DNA of 24,983 bases from Calditrichia bacterium (GTDB lineage: Bacteria; Calditrichota; Calditrichia; RBG-13-44-9). The notes beneath the pieces are model-generated. The model was given only the letters and a program-made list of their open reading frames with translations. It ran no database searches and was not told where the DNA came from. Position numbers and translations under genes: made by a program. Within the stretch, counting starts at the first letter, position 1. Each line of letters begins with the position of its first letter. Where the stretch lies: assembly GCA_037381445.1 (NCBI GenBank), contig JARRQT010000112.1, positions 1 to 24,983 of the forward strand, given 5' to 3'. Shown here piece after piece: positions 9,219 through 17,844 of this stretch.

Positions 9219-10526
9219 ATGGACTTTTTGAATAATCTGTTCTTACCGCCATCTGCTACTCATCTGCACCTTGTTAAATATATGATTCTGCTGGTCTATT
9301 TTATTCATATCCCCTTTATCAGTTTGTTGTTTGGGGGATTGTTTTATTCTCTCTATTTTCGGGTCCTGACTGTCATCGAAAAGAAAGATTTTTACCTTGA
9401 TGTTTCCCGTGATTTTGCCGATATACTCATTTTTCGCAAATCTGCTGGTATTTTTCTGGGCGTGCTGCCCCTCATCATTTTGACGCTGATTGAAGGTCAG
9501 GTATTTTATGATGCTCCCATTCAGATTGTCAGTTTCATGATTTACACGACTATTCTGGTGGCGGTAGGAATCTCTCTCGCCTATTTTTACCAGTCTACCT
9601 TTCGAATGTCCGGCGTCGGTTTTCTTCTGCAATTATTTTCCGGCGGTTTTGCTCTGATTTTTTTAATCATTGCATATTATATCTTCTGGGCCGCATCGGC
9701 GCTGGTGCTGGATCCGGGACGCTGGTTTATCATTACGCAAGTTTGGGAATTGCTATATTCCTGGAACGCCGTCGCGCGTTTCCTTCATTTTGTTACCGCT
9801 TCCTTCGCGGTGGCTGGCGTAGCGCTGCTCTTTTTCTTCTTCAATTGGAAAGAATTTCAACAGGAGGCTGATCCTGAGTATGCCTTCTACATGAGAAAAG
9901 TAGGGGGAGGGATTGCCCTGGCTTTCACACTACTGCAGCCTATTTTCATATTCTGGAATCTCGCCACTATGCCCAATGTCGCTCTCTCGGCGCCGGTTTA
10001 CGCGCTTTCCATTCTGGTTTTAATCCTGATGTTTTTTATCAGCATGACGCTCTATCTGCTTCTGCGGGATCACCGTGTGAAGCTGGGAACCAACGCTTTT
10101 ATGCTTTTTATTTTCACTTTTCTGGTAATGATTGTAAATGATCATGTGGCCCGGGAAAGTGCCACTCAAAATCAGACTCAGGTGTTGGTGACCCGGGCGG
10201 AGGAGGTGCAAGGCAAACTGAAAGCAGAACGGGAGGCGCAGATGGCGTCCGCCGAACAACCCGATGTTCAACTGGGAGAAAAAATCTATAATGAGCAATG
10301 CTCAACCTGTCACCAGTTTGACAAGCGGGTTGTGGGACCTGCCTATAACAGTGTTTTGTCCCAGTATTCGGACAAGCGGGAGGAACTGGTGAAATTTGTC
10401 AGGAATCCCTATAAAATAAATCCGGATTATCCGCCCATGCCCAACCTGGGCTTAACCGATCACCAGGCACAATCGGTTATCGCATATCTTTATAAGCACT
10501 TTGAAGAAGAAAAAAACAAGAAATAA
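9219..10526 (+). CDS. Polytopic membrane protein (CydA-like, about 8 TM) fused to a C-terminal class I cytochrome c
   Basis: About 310 hydrophobic aa with intramembrane His in FIHIPF and RFLHF, then a helical linker, CSTCH, VGPAY and a distal Met (PPMP). GGGAG ribosome-binding site. Confidence 0.85.
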   Translation: MDFLNNLFLPPSATHLHLVKYMILLVYFIHIPFISLLFGGLFYSLYFRVLTVIEKKDFYLDVSRDFADILIFRKSAGIFLGVLPLIILTLIEGQVFYDAPIQIVSFMIYTTILVAVGISLAYFYQSTFRMSGVGFLLQLFSGGFALIFLIIAYYIFWAASALVLDPGRWFIITQVWELLYSWNAVARFLHFVTASFAVAGVALLFFFFNWKEFQQEADPEYAFYMRKVGGGIALAFTLLQPIFIFWNLATMPNVALSAPVYALSILVLILMFFISMTLYLLLRDHRVKLGTNAFMLFIFTFLVMIVNDHVARESATQNQTQVLVTRAEEVQGKLKAEREAQMASAEQPDVQLGEKIYNEQCSTCHQFDKRVVGPAYNSVLSQYSDKREELVKFVRNPYKINPDYPPMPNLGLTDHQAQSVIAYLYKHFEEEKNKK

Positions 10527-10575
10527 AACATAACCAAATACCGAACCGGTAAATGAAAATTACAAGGAGACGGCA

Positions 10576-11094
10576 GTGAAGCGACGCATAATGCCCCTGG
10601 TATTAAGTGCATATTTTGTCTTGTTTATTATTTTTGTCGTGCTCTTGGCATATTTCTGGAACAGAGATTCAAAAACGCCTGTACAGCCAATCAATTTCAG
10701 CCACCAGATTCATGTGTCAAAAGTGGGACTACAGTGCACTTTCTGCCATGATAAGGTTGATAAATCCACCTTCGCGGGGATACCGCCCGTGCAAAAGTGC
10801 ATGTCCTGCCATAAAAATGTGAAAACCGAAAGCCCGGAAATTCAGAAACTGACCAGGTACTGGGAAGAGAAGAAACCGGTGCCATGGAAAAGGGTTTACA
10901 GCTTCAAGATTCAAAATTATGTCTATTTTTCCCATAAAAGGCACATCAAGGCAGGGCTGGATTGTTCAAAATGCCATGGGGAGGTTAAGTTAATGCCGCA
11001 AATGAAGCGGGTCCGGCAGCTTGAAATGGGCTGGTGCGTTTCCTGCCATAAAGCAAATATGGCCCCGACGGATTGTGTGACTTGTCATAAATAA
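10576..11094 (+). CDS. actA: Membrane-anchored pentaheme cytochrome c (ActA-like)
   Basis: N-terminal TM helix, QPINFSH, five CxxCH motifs (CTFCH, CMSCH, CSKCH, CVSCH, CVTCH), YFSHKRH and MGWC. GTG start after AAGGAG. Confidence 0.92.
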   Translation: MKRRIMPLVLSAYFVLFIIFVVLLAYFWNRDSKTPVQPINFSHQIHVSKVGLQCTFCHDKVDKSTFAGIPPVQKCMSCHKNVKTESPEIQKLTRYWEEKKPVPWKRVYSFKIQNYVYFSHKRHIKAGLDCSKCHGEVKLMPQMKRVRQLEMGWCVSCHKANMAPTDCVTCHK

Positions 11095-11114
11095 TTGAGA
11101 TTCGGAGGACTCAG

Positions 11115-13979
11115 ATGGATAGACGGGATTTTTTGAAATTCTTAGGGATTTCCTCAGGCACAGCGATGATATCGTCCTGCGGTGTCGATAAAGCCAATGA
11201 GAAAATAATACCCTATCTCATTCCCCCGGAACAGGATGTGTATCCGGGAAAACCGGTATTCTATAACACAACCTGCACGGAATGTCCCGCTAATTGCGGT
11301 TTGAGCGCCAGGGTTAACGAAAAAGTATATGATGAGGTCCGGGGCCTTTTTCCCACCAAAGCGGAAGGCGTAAAAGGGCATCCGATAAATAACGGCGCGC
11401 TCTGTCCCAGAGGGCAGGCGAGTCTTTTTCGTCTCTACCATCCCAAACGGATCCAGCGGCCTATGATGCGCGACAATGACGGGAATTTCCGGGTGGCGAC
11501 CTGGCAGGAGGCATATGCTTATGTTACAACCGAATTGCAGGCGGCGAAAGAGGAGAAAAAGGATAACCTCTATTTCTCCGGCAGAACCACCGGCACCCTT
11601 GCCGGTTTGATAGGCCGCTTTTGTGAGGAGATGGGCATTGAACGCCTTCCCGAGTTCGAAATATTTTCGCATGCCAATCTTCGCAAGGCCAATGAAATTG
11701 TTTTCAACCAGCCGGAAGTTCCCCATTACCATATTAAAGATGCGGATTTTTTGCTCACAATTGGGGCCGATATTCTGGAAACATTCGTCTCGCCGGTTTC
11801 CAATGCGGCACAATATGGTGAAGCGGTAAAAAATGAAAATTTCACCTGGTACCATCTGGAGCCCAATCTGTCAATGACCGGTCTTAAAGCGACCACCCGG
11901 CTGGCGGTGAATCCCCATAGCGAAATATACTTTCTGGCTTATCTGCTGCACGCCCTCAGCAGATCGGATATCCGAAAACGCCGTCCTTCTTGGGCAATCA
12001 TGAATATGGTTCCTGATCCGTCAGCAGAAGAGGTTTCTCAAAAAACTGGCATCTCCGCAGAAAATCTGGAACACCTGGTTTCTGCGTTTTTCATTGCCAA
12101 ACGTCCCCTTATTATTACGGGCGGAGTTTCCACCGCCCAGCCCGGCGGACTGGAAGCAGCACTTTTAACGGCACTGATTCAGGCAGCCATGGGGATGAAT
12201 GATACCGTGGTGGATTTTGCCCATTCCCAGAATTATGAAAAAGTGGGCAGCATGCTGGATGTTCAGGAATTATTGGAACGCCTCCGGAACAAGGCAGTAG
12301 GAGTAATTTTTATTTCGCGCAGCAATCCGGTGGACGATATCTCCGCGAATTTCAATTTTGTGGAGGAGCTCAAAAATGCGCGGCTCCGGGTCGGCATGTC
12401 CGATTTTATGTCCGCTTCTATGCAGGAATGCGATGTGGTGCTGCCGCTCTCTCACAGTCTGGAGTCTTGGGGAGATGCCGCTCCGCGAAAAGGGATCCGC
12501 AATGTTATCCAGCCGGCCATTGAGCCGCAATATGACACCAGGACCGAAGGCGATGTTTTGCTGGAAATAATGCGCACGGCCAGTGGTCAGAAACAGGGAC
12601 CCGATTACAATCAATATCTTATCGAGCAGTGGCATTCCCTTTATGGGGAAAGCGAAACGGTCTCTCTGATTGAAAACGGCTATATCGAGGAACCGGTCAG
12701 TCCGCTGTCGATTGCCGTAGATACCCGGTCTGTGGAGTCTTATCTGAAAAATACAGACTTCAGCCGGGAAGTCGCAGCACAGCCGGTCCTGATTATAACG
12801 CCCTCCATCAGAACGTATGATGGCCGGAGCAAAGTCCTCCCGCTGCTGAATGAAATCCCGGATCCATTGACGACTGTTACTTACGGCGAATGGGTTTCAG
12901 TCTCCGCAGTCGCGGCAAAAAAGATGGGACTTAAGGACCGGGATGAAATTCAGATTTCGGTTGAAAATGAAAATCTGAATTACCCGGTGAAGGTCCAGAA
13001 TGTCCTGCCGGAAAATGTTTATATGGTCCAGCGCGGACTGATTTATGCCATTAAGACAGACATCGATTCACGCAGCGGTGAAGCATCCTGGTACCTGGAT
13101 AACATCTCAGCGACAAAAACCGGTGCTGTGATCCCGCTCCCTATTCTGTCCGGTTCCATGCATGAAGAGGGCAGGGGAATTCTCTCCTCTCATGAGAGTG
13201 TTGTGGAACACAGTGAACACTATAATGAGAAACTGAAGGAAGAAGTGGATGTCGAAGAAGAGCGTATATACCCCAAACATCCCCATAAAAATTACCGCTG
13301 GGGAATGACCATCAACCAGGACAGCTGCATCAACTGTGCTGCCTGCGTCGCGGCCTGTTATGTGGAAAACAATATTCCGGTAGTCGGGCAAAAAGAACAG
13401 TTGCAGGGAAGGGAGATGTCCTGGATTCGTATAGAACCATTTGTCCGGGATGATCGTGACATTGAATTCACTCTGATGCTGTGCCAGCAATGCGACAATG
13501 CGCCCTGTGAGCCCGTTTGCCCGGTGTATGCCACATATCATAATCCCGAAGGACTGAATGTTCAGGTTTACAACCGCTGCGTGGGAACCCGCTACTGTTC
13601 CAATAACTGCCCCTATAAAGTGCGGCGGTTTAACTGGTTCGATCACCGCCTGCCAAAGCCATGGGATAAAATGTACAATCCCGCACTGTCGGTTCGCGGC
13701 CGGGGCATCATGGAAAAATGCACTTTCTGTGTGCAGCGCATCCGTGCCGCCGAGGATATGGCAAAGGATGAAGACCGGCTGGTCAGGGACGGGGAAGTCG
13801 TTACCGCCTGCCAGGAAACCTGTCCCACGAAGGCTATCACCTTTGGCAACCTGATGGACGATAGTTCCCGGGTATCTCAGATTGCGCGTTCCGATGAAGC
13901 TTACCGGGTGCTCGAGGAATTGGGCACCGAACCTGCGATTCATTATTTGCGGAAAAAGGAAAGAAAAAGCGAGGCATAA
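11115..13979 (+). CDS. actB: Alternative complex III subunit B: Tat lipoprotein with a molybdopterin-oxidoreductase-like fold fused to an Fe-S domain
   Basis: MDRRDFLK Tat motif and ISSC lipobox. LESWGD. C-terminal CINCAACVAAC, CQQCDNAPCEPVCP, YNRCVGTRYCSNNCPY (3Fe-4S type) and MEKCTFC...ACQETCP. Confidence 0.93.
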   Translation: MDRRDFLKFLGISSGTAMISSCGVDKANEKIIPYLIPPEQDVYPGKPVFYNTTCTECPANCGLSARVNEKVYDEVRGLFPTKAEGVKGHPINNGALCPRGQASLFRLYHPKRIQRPMMRDNDGNFRVATWQEAYAYVTTELQAAKEEKKDNLYFSGRTTGTLAGLIGRFCEEMGIERLPEFEIFSHANLRKANEIVFNQPEVPHYHIKDADFLLTIGADILETFVSPVSNAAQYGEAVKNENFTWYHLEPNLSMTGLKATTRLAVNPHSEIYFLAYLLHALSRSDIRKRRPSWAIMNMVPDPSAEEVSQKTGISAENLEHLVSAFFIAKRPLIITGGVSTAQPGGLEAALLTALIQAAMGMNDTVVDFAHSQNYEKVGSMLDVQELLERLRNKAVGVIFISRSNPVDDISANFNFVEELKNARLRVGMSDFMSASMQECDVVLPLSHSLESWGDAAPRKGIRNVIQPAIEPQYDTRTEGDVLLEIMRTASGQKQGPDYNQYLIEQWHSLYGESETVSLIENGYIEEPVSPLSIAVDTRSVESYLKNTDFSREVAAQPVLIITPSIRTYDGRSKVLPLLNEIPDPLTTVTYGEWVSVSAVAAKKMGLKDRDEIQISVENENLNYPVKVQNVLPENVYMVQRGLIYAIKTDIDSRSGEASWYLDNISATKTGAVIPLPILSGSMHEEGRGILSSHESVVEHSEHYNEKLKEEVDVEEERIYPKHPHKNYRWGMTINQDSCINCAACVAACYVENNIPVVGQKEQLQGREMSWIRIEPFVRDDRDIEFTLMLCQQCDNAPCEPVCPVYATYHNPEGLNVQVYNRCVGTRYCSNNCPYKVRRFNWFDHRLPKPWDKMYNPALSVRGRGIMEKCTFCVQRIRAAEDMAKDEDRLVRDGEVVTACQETCPTKAITFGNLMDDSSRVSQIARSDEAYRVLEELGTEPAIHYLRKKERKSEA

Positions 13980-13983
13980 TTTT

Positions 13984-15168
13984 ATGAGAAGCATTGATTA
14001 CAATGAACAACTGGAGCACGAGGTTCTGGCTGCGCTGCGAAAACCAAATCCATGGTACTGGGTGGCGCTGGTTATCTGCGCGCTTCTGTTTGGCATGGGT
14101 TTAACGCTTTGGATTTACCAGATGCTGAAAGGGATGGGCGTCGCTGGTCTCAACAATCCCGTTGGATGGGGCGTTTATATTACGGATTTTGTCTTCTGGG
14201 TCGGTATCGCCCACTCCGGGACGCTGATTTCTGCGGTGCTTTTTCTGTTCAGGGCCAAATTCAGGAATGCCTTCAACCGTTCCGCAGAAGCCATGACGAT
14301 CTTTGCCGTGATGACCGCCGGCCTGTTTCCCCTGATCCATTTGGGGAGGTCCTGGTTTTTTTACTGGCTATTCCCATATCCCAATCAAAGAGAAATTTGG
14401 GTAAATTTCAAATCACCTTTGATCTGGGACGTCTTTTCTCTTGGCTGGGTGGGGAGTCTCCGGCAGTGGTGGCACTATAACCGTCTCTACATATTCCTGG
14501 CAGCCTTCGCCACGCCGCTGGTTATTTCGGTGCACTCCGTGGTTTCCTGGGACTTTGCCATGAGCATCATTCCGGGCTGGCATACCACCATTTTTGCTCC
14601 CTATTTTGTGGCCGGCGCAATTTTTTCGGGAACGGCCATGGTGCTGACCCTGGTAATACCGATGAGAAAAATTTTCAGGCTGGAACAGTATATTACTCTC
14701 AATCATTTTGAAAAAATCAGCCAGGTACTGTTATTTACTTCTCTTATCGTCACCTATTCCTATATCGTGGAATTTGCGCTGGCATTTTACGGTGATCATC
14801 AGTTTGAGGCCGCACACTTTACTTACCGGCTGCTGGGCGACTACCAGCCGTTTTATATCACCATGCTGATCTGCAACTCCCTAATACCCCTCACACTTTT
14901 CTTTCGCAAACTCCGCAGAAGTATTGTTTACCTGTTTATTCTGTCCATTTTTGTCAATATCGGAATGTGGCTGGAGCGCTTCGTGATTATCGTGACCTCA
15001 CTGGCGAAGGATTTTGATCCCTATTCCTGGGGATTATATACCCCCACGATGGTGGAGGTGGGCATCACGGTGGGAAGCTTCGCCATGTTCTTTATGTTCT
15101 TCCTGATTTTTGCCAAAGTGCTGCCGGTGCTCTCAATAACAGAACTGAAAGAGGAGGCATCAGAATGA
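13984..15168 (+). CDS. actC: Alternative complex III subunit C (NrfD/PsrC family quinol-binding subunit) with an apparent in-frame internal deletion
   Basis: FVFWVGIAHSGTLISA, NRSAEAMTIFAV, IHLGR, SVHSVVSWDFA, WHTTIFAPYFVAGAIFSG and GMWLERF. ATG 13984 follows GAGG at 13971, giving 394 aa. Confidence 0.92.
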   Translation: MRSIDYNEQLEHEVLAALRKPNPWYWVALVICALLFGMGLTLWIYQMLKGMGVAGLNNPVGWGVYITDFVFWVGIAHSGTLISAVLFLFRAKFRNAFNRSAEAMTIFAVMTAGLFPLIHLGRSWFFYWLFPYPNQREIWVNFKSPLIWDVFSLGWVGSLRQWWHYNRLYIFLAAFATPLVISVHSVVSWDFAMSIIPGWHTTIFAPYFVAGAIFSGTAMVLTLVIPMRKIFRLEQYITLNHFEKISQVLLFTSLIVTYSYIVEFALAFYGDHQFEAAHFTYRLLGDYQPFYITMLICNSLIPLTLFFRKLRRSIVYLFILSIFVNIGMWLERFVIIVTSLAKDFDPYSWGLYTPTMVEVGITVGSFAMFFMFFLIFAKVLPVLSITELKEEASE

Positions 15169-15602
15169 ATGAACAACTTCTTTTTGATGATAAGAACAAG
15201 TTTCTCCAGAAGCTGGAAGAACTTGTAAAAAGCGGCGTGTCCCCCAGAAATATTGCTGTCTCAACACCCTATCCGGTGCATGAAGTGGAGCATATCCTGA
15301 AGACTCCGCCTTCTCCCCTGCGGTTTTTTACCCTGCTTGGAGCGCTCTTTGGTCTGCTTTTTGGGGCGTGGTTTACTTCCTGGACTTCCATCAACTGGCC
15401 GCTGATTGGTGGCGGAAAACCAATTATTTCTGTGCCGGCTTTTGTCATCGTCGCCTTCGAACTGACCGTTCTATTCGGCGGGGTCATCTCTTTTCTCGGA
15501 TTTCTGTTTTTAACGCGTTTGCCCAGTGTTAAAAGCATCATTTCTCCGGAAGAATACGGTAATCGGTTTGTCATTCAAATTCACAGCGAGGAGAAAAAAT
15601 GA
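15165..15602 (+). CDS. actD: Alternative complex III subunit D (DUF3341-like)
   Basis: TPYPVHEV, two TM helices and WPLIGGGKP...PAFVIVAFELTVLF. ATGA overlap with actC. Confidence 0.9.
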   Translation: MNEQLLFDDKNKFLQKLEELVKSGVSPRNIAVSTPYPVHEVEHILKTPPSPLRFFTLLGALFGLLFGAWFTSWTSINWPLIGGGKPIISVPAFVIVAFELTVLFGGVISFLGFLFLTRLPSVKSIISPEEYGNRFVIQIHSEEKK

Positions 15603-16651
15603 ATAAATTGCAGCTTAAACCTGTGATGCTTGGGATTGCCGCTATTGTAATTGGCGCTGTTATTGTCCTGATTCAAAACATTCTCATTCCCGAAAGCGGG
15701 GGCACATTCTTGCTTACCCTTACCTTCTGGGTCGCCCTGATTCAGGGAGCGGTTGCGGTAGTAGCCGCCGCCGATGCTTCGGCAGCAAAATGGATCACGC
15801 CGCTGAAACGTGAGCTGCTTTCCTTTTATCCCCTGATATTATTTATTGCCATTTTATTTCTGTTTCTCGGGCTTCAGATGGATGTTTATCCCTGGATCGA
15901 CAAACAGAATAAATGGCTCAATGTGCCGTTTTTTCTAGTAAGAAATTTTCTCGCCATGCTGGTGCTTTATATTGTTGCACATTTTTATGCAAAGGCCACG
16001 CTGGCAAACAGCGAAGGCAAGGGCAGGTGGGCCATCGCCTATTTATTTATTTATGTAACTGTCCAGTCGCTGGTAGCCTTCGACTGGGTCATGTCCCTGG
16101 CCTATCCCTGGGTGAGCACGCTCTTCGGCGGCATCTTTTTCATGGAAGCATTCTATACGGGACTCGTGATTGCGGCACTCATTGCCGCCTATTATCTCCG
16201 CAAAGAAGTGGAAGATCCGGTCAGCATGAGTAAAGTGTTACGCGATACTGCCGTATTTACCTTCGGATTTGCACTGGCCTGGGCAGGATTGTTCTATGCA
16301 CAATTTCTGGTCATCTGGTACGGAAACATTCCTGAGGAAACCAGTTACCTGGTGATCAGGATGCACCATTCGCCGTATATGGAAATATTTTATGTGAGCG
16401 TCTTCTTTCTGTTTATCCTGCCGTTTGTGGGCCTCATCGGCAGGAAGGCAAAAATAAGCCCCAATTGGGTTACGCTGGTTGCCTTTATCGTGCTGGCGGG
16501 TATCGTGCTGGAAAGGATTTTATTCATTCTCCCGGATGCTTCCATAAATCCTATTGCAGCCGTGGCGGAGTTTATTCTTATGGGATTTTTGTTTCTGCTG
16601 TTCTTTGCCAGCCGGGATCAATTTATCAAAGCGCTTGAAATGTCGAAATAA
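15599..16651 (+). CDS. actF: Alternative complex III subunit F
   Basis: About 10 TM helices, with AFDWVMSL.YPWVSTLFG and QFLVIWYGNIPEE. ATGA overlap with actD. Confidence 0.85.
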   Translation: MNKLQLKPVMLGIAAIVIGAVIVLIQNILIPESGGTFLLTLTFWVALIQGAVAVVAAADASAAKWITPLKRELLSFYPLILFIAILFLFLGLQMDVYPWIDKQNKWLNVPFFLVRNFLAMLVLYIVAHFYAKATLANSEGKGRWAIAYLFIYVTVQSLVAFDWVMSLAYPWVSTLFGGIFFMEAFYTGLVIAALIAAYYLRKEVEDPVSMSKVLRDTAVFTFGFALAWAGLFYAQFLVIWYGNIPEETSYLVIRMHHSPYMEIFYVSVFFLFILPFVGLIGRKAKISPNWVTLVAFIVLAGIVLERILFILPDASINPIAAVAEFILMGFLFLLFFASRDQFIKALEMSK

Positions 16652-16684
16652 ATTTATTTATTTCTGAAATTCAGTGAGAATTGA

Positions 16685-16720
16685 AGAGGGGTACATCTGA
16701 TGTGCCCCTTTATTTTATAT
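16685..16720 (+). terminator. Intrinsic terminator between the convergent operons
   Basis: Stem AGGGGTACAT (16687-16696) / ATGTGCCCCT (16700-16709) with one G-U pair, followed by TTATTTTATAT. Confidence 0.75.
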
Positions 16721-16754
16721 TGTTTTGAAATCAATTTTTGCAGAGAATCTGTTT

Positions 16755-17789
16755 CTAAAATGCGATTCCTACCCCGATTCGCTGAACATAGCCAAGATCG
16801 GACATATTGGAAATGGCGTAATCTGCCTGAATCATCCATTGCCTCAGCGGGATCTGCACCCCGGTCCCGGCGCTGAAGCTTTCCATATCGTGATTGAGCC
16901 GGTAGCCGCCGCGCAGGAAGAAATTGTCATTCCAGCCGTATTCCAGACCGAAACTGACGGTTTCGGCGGCATCGTTGATATGGTAGCCATCCACCAGAAA
17001 GGTGAGGCGCTGCGATTCTCTCATAAGAAAACCTTCTTTCAATCCAATGACATCCATGGCCAGCCCGATCCTGAAGCTGGTGGGAAGCGGCCAGCTCTGG
17101 GTCTGCAGCTTTGCCGGGGTCAACGGATTGCCGGTTTGCTGTTGTGAATTGTCGTAGCTGACAATCAGGTCCCTGCCGTCCATGCGCAGTTTGCCGCCAA
17201 AATTGGTCATGGCTATTCCCAGACGCATCCCGTTGAAACCGGTATGCAGAATGCCGCCGATATCAACTGCCATGGTGCGGGCAGATTCATTGAAAATTAA
17301 CTGCTGTATATATTTCCCGCTTAAACCGAATGAAAAACGTTCGGTCATGCGGCGGGAATAGGTGAGTCCGATGCAGATATCCTGCACGTTGAAGAATATT
17401 CCAGTGCCCTCCGGCTCGGCGACGGTAGTCTGCTCCATTTCCGGGGAGCTCAGCGATATGAAACTCACGCCTACCGTCGAAGAAAGAGATAGCGGCACCA
17501 CCAGTCCGAGATATTCATGGTTGATATCCGCGAACCACTCGGTATGGGACGCCAGGAACATTTTCTTCTCAATGGAGGCCGCGCCGGCGGGATTCCAATA
17601 TAATGCCGTGGCATCATTGGCCAGGGCGGTGAAACTGCCCGCCAGTGCTACCGCCCGGGGGCCTACCCCGATTTTCAGAAACTGCGCAGCCGCCGTGCCG
17701 CTTTTTGAAACGGCGAGGCTTTCACTGGGGTAAATGAAACTTGCCACCAGCGCAAGCAGCAGAATATTTTTAAGTTTCATACATTTCAT
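16755..17789 (-). CDS. PorV/PorQ-family (FadL-like) outer-membrane beta-barrel
   Basis: Signal peptide, then KSGTAAAQFLKIGVGPRAVALAG...DATALYWNPAG, amphipathic strands, FFLRGGY and a terminal Phe. Start is 17789 or 17780 rather than TTG 17825. Confidence 0.88.
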   Translation of the reverse strand: MKCMKLKNILLLALVASFIYPSESLAVSKSGTAAAQFLKIGVGPRAVALAGSFTALANDATALYWNPAGAASIEKKMFLASHTEWFADINHEYLGLVVPLSLSSTVGVSFISLSSPEMEQTTVAEPEGTGIFFNVQDICIGLTYSRRMTERFSFGLSGKYIQQLIFNESARTMAVDIGGILHTGFNGMRLGIAMTNFGGKLRMDGRDLIVSYDNSQQQTGNPLTPAKLQTQSWPLPTSFRIGLAMDVIGLKEGFLMRESQRLTFLVDGYHINDAAETVSFGLEYGWNDNFFLRGGYRLNHDMESFSAGTGVQIPLRQWMIQADYAISNMSDLGYVQRIGVGIAF

Positions 17790-17844
17790 TTGGCGACTCT
17801 GTTTATTTTGCTTCCATTTACTCAAATTTTATGCCTATCCCCGA

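Noticed and set aside
11115..13979. Calling ActB a catalytic molybdoenzyme such as polysulfide reductase
   Set aside because: The fused Fe-S domain with the CVGTRYC 3Fe-4S motif and the ActA/C/D/F context indicate ACIII. A catalytic Mo site cannot be supported from the sequence by eye.
13882..13983. N-terminal extension of ActC in the ORF track
   Set aside because: It overlaps the actB 3' end. ATG 13984 has a ribosome-binding site and gives a normal N-terminus.
13107..13994. 295-aa antisense ORF, plus other shadow ORFs such as 1975..2595, 11154..11855 and 17734..18450
   Set aside because: They lie opposite well-supported genes and have no recognisable motifs. This is expected from codon bias.
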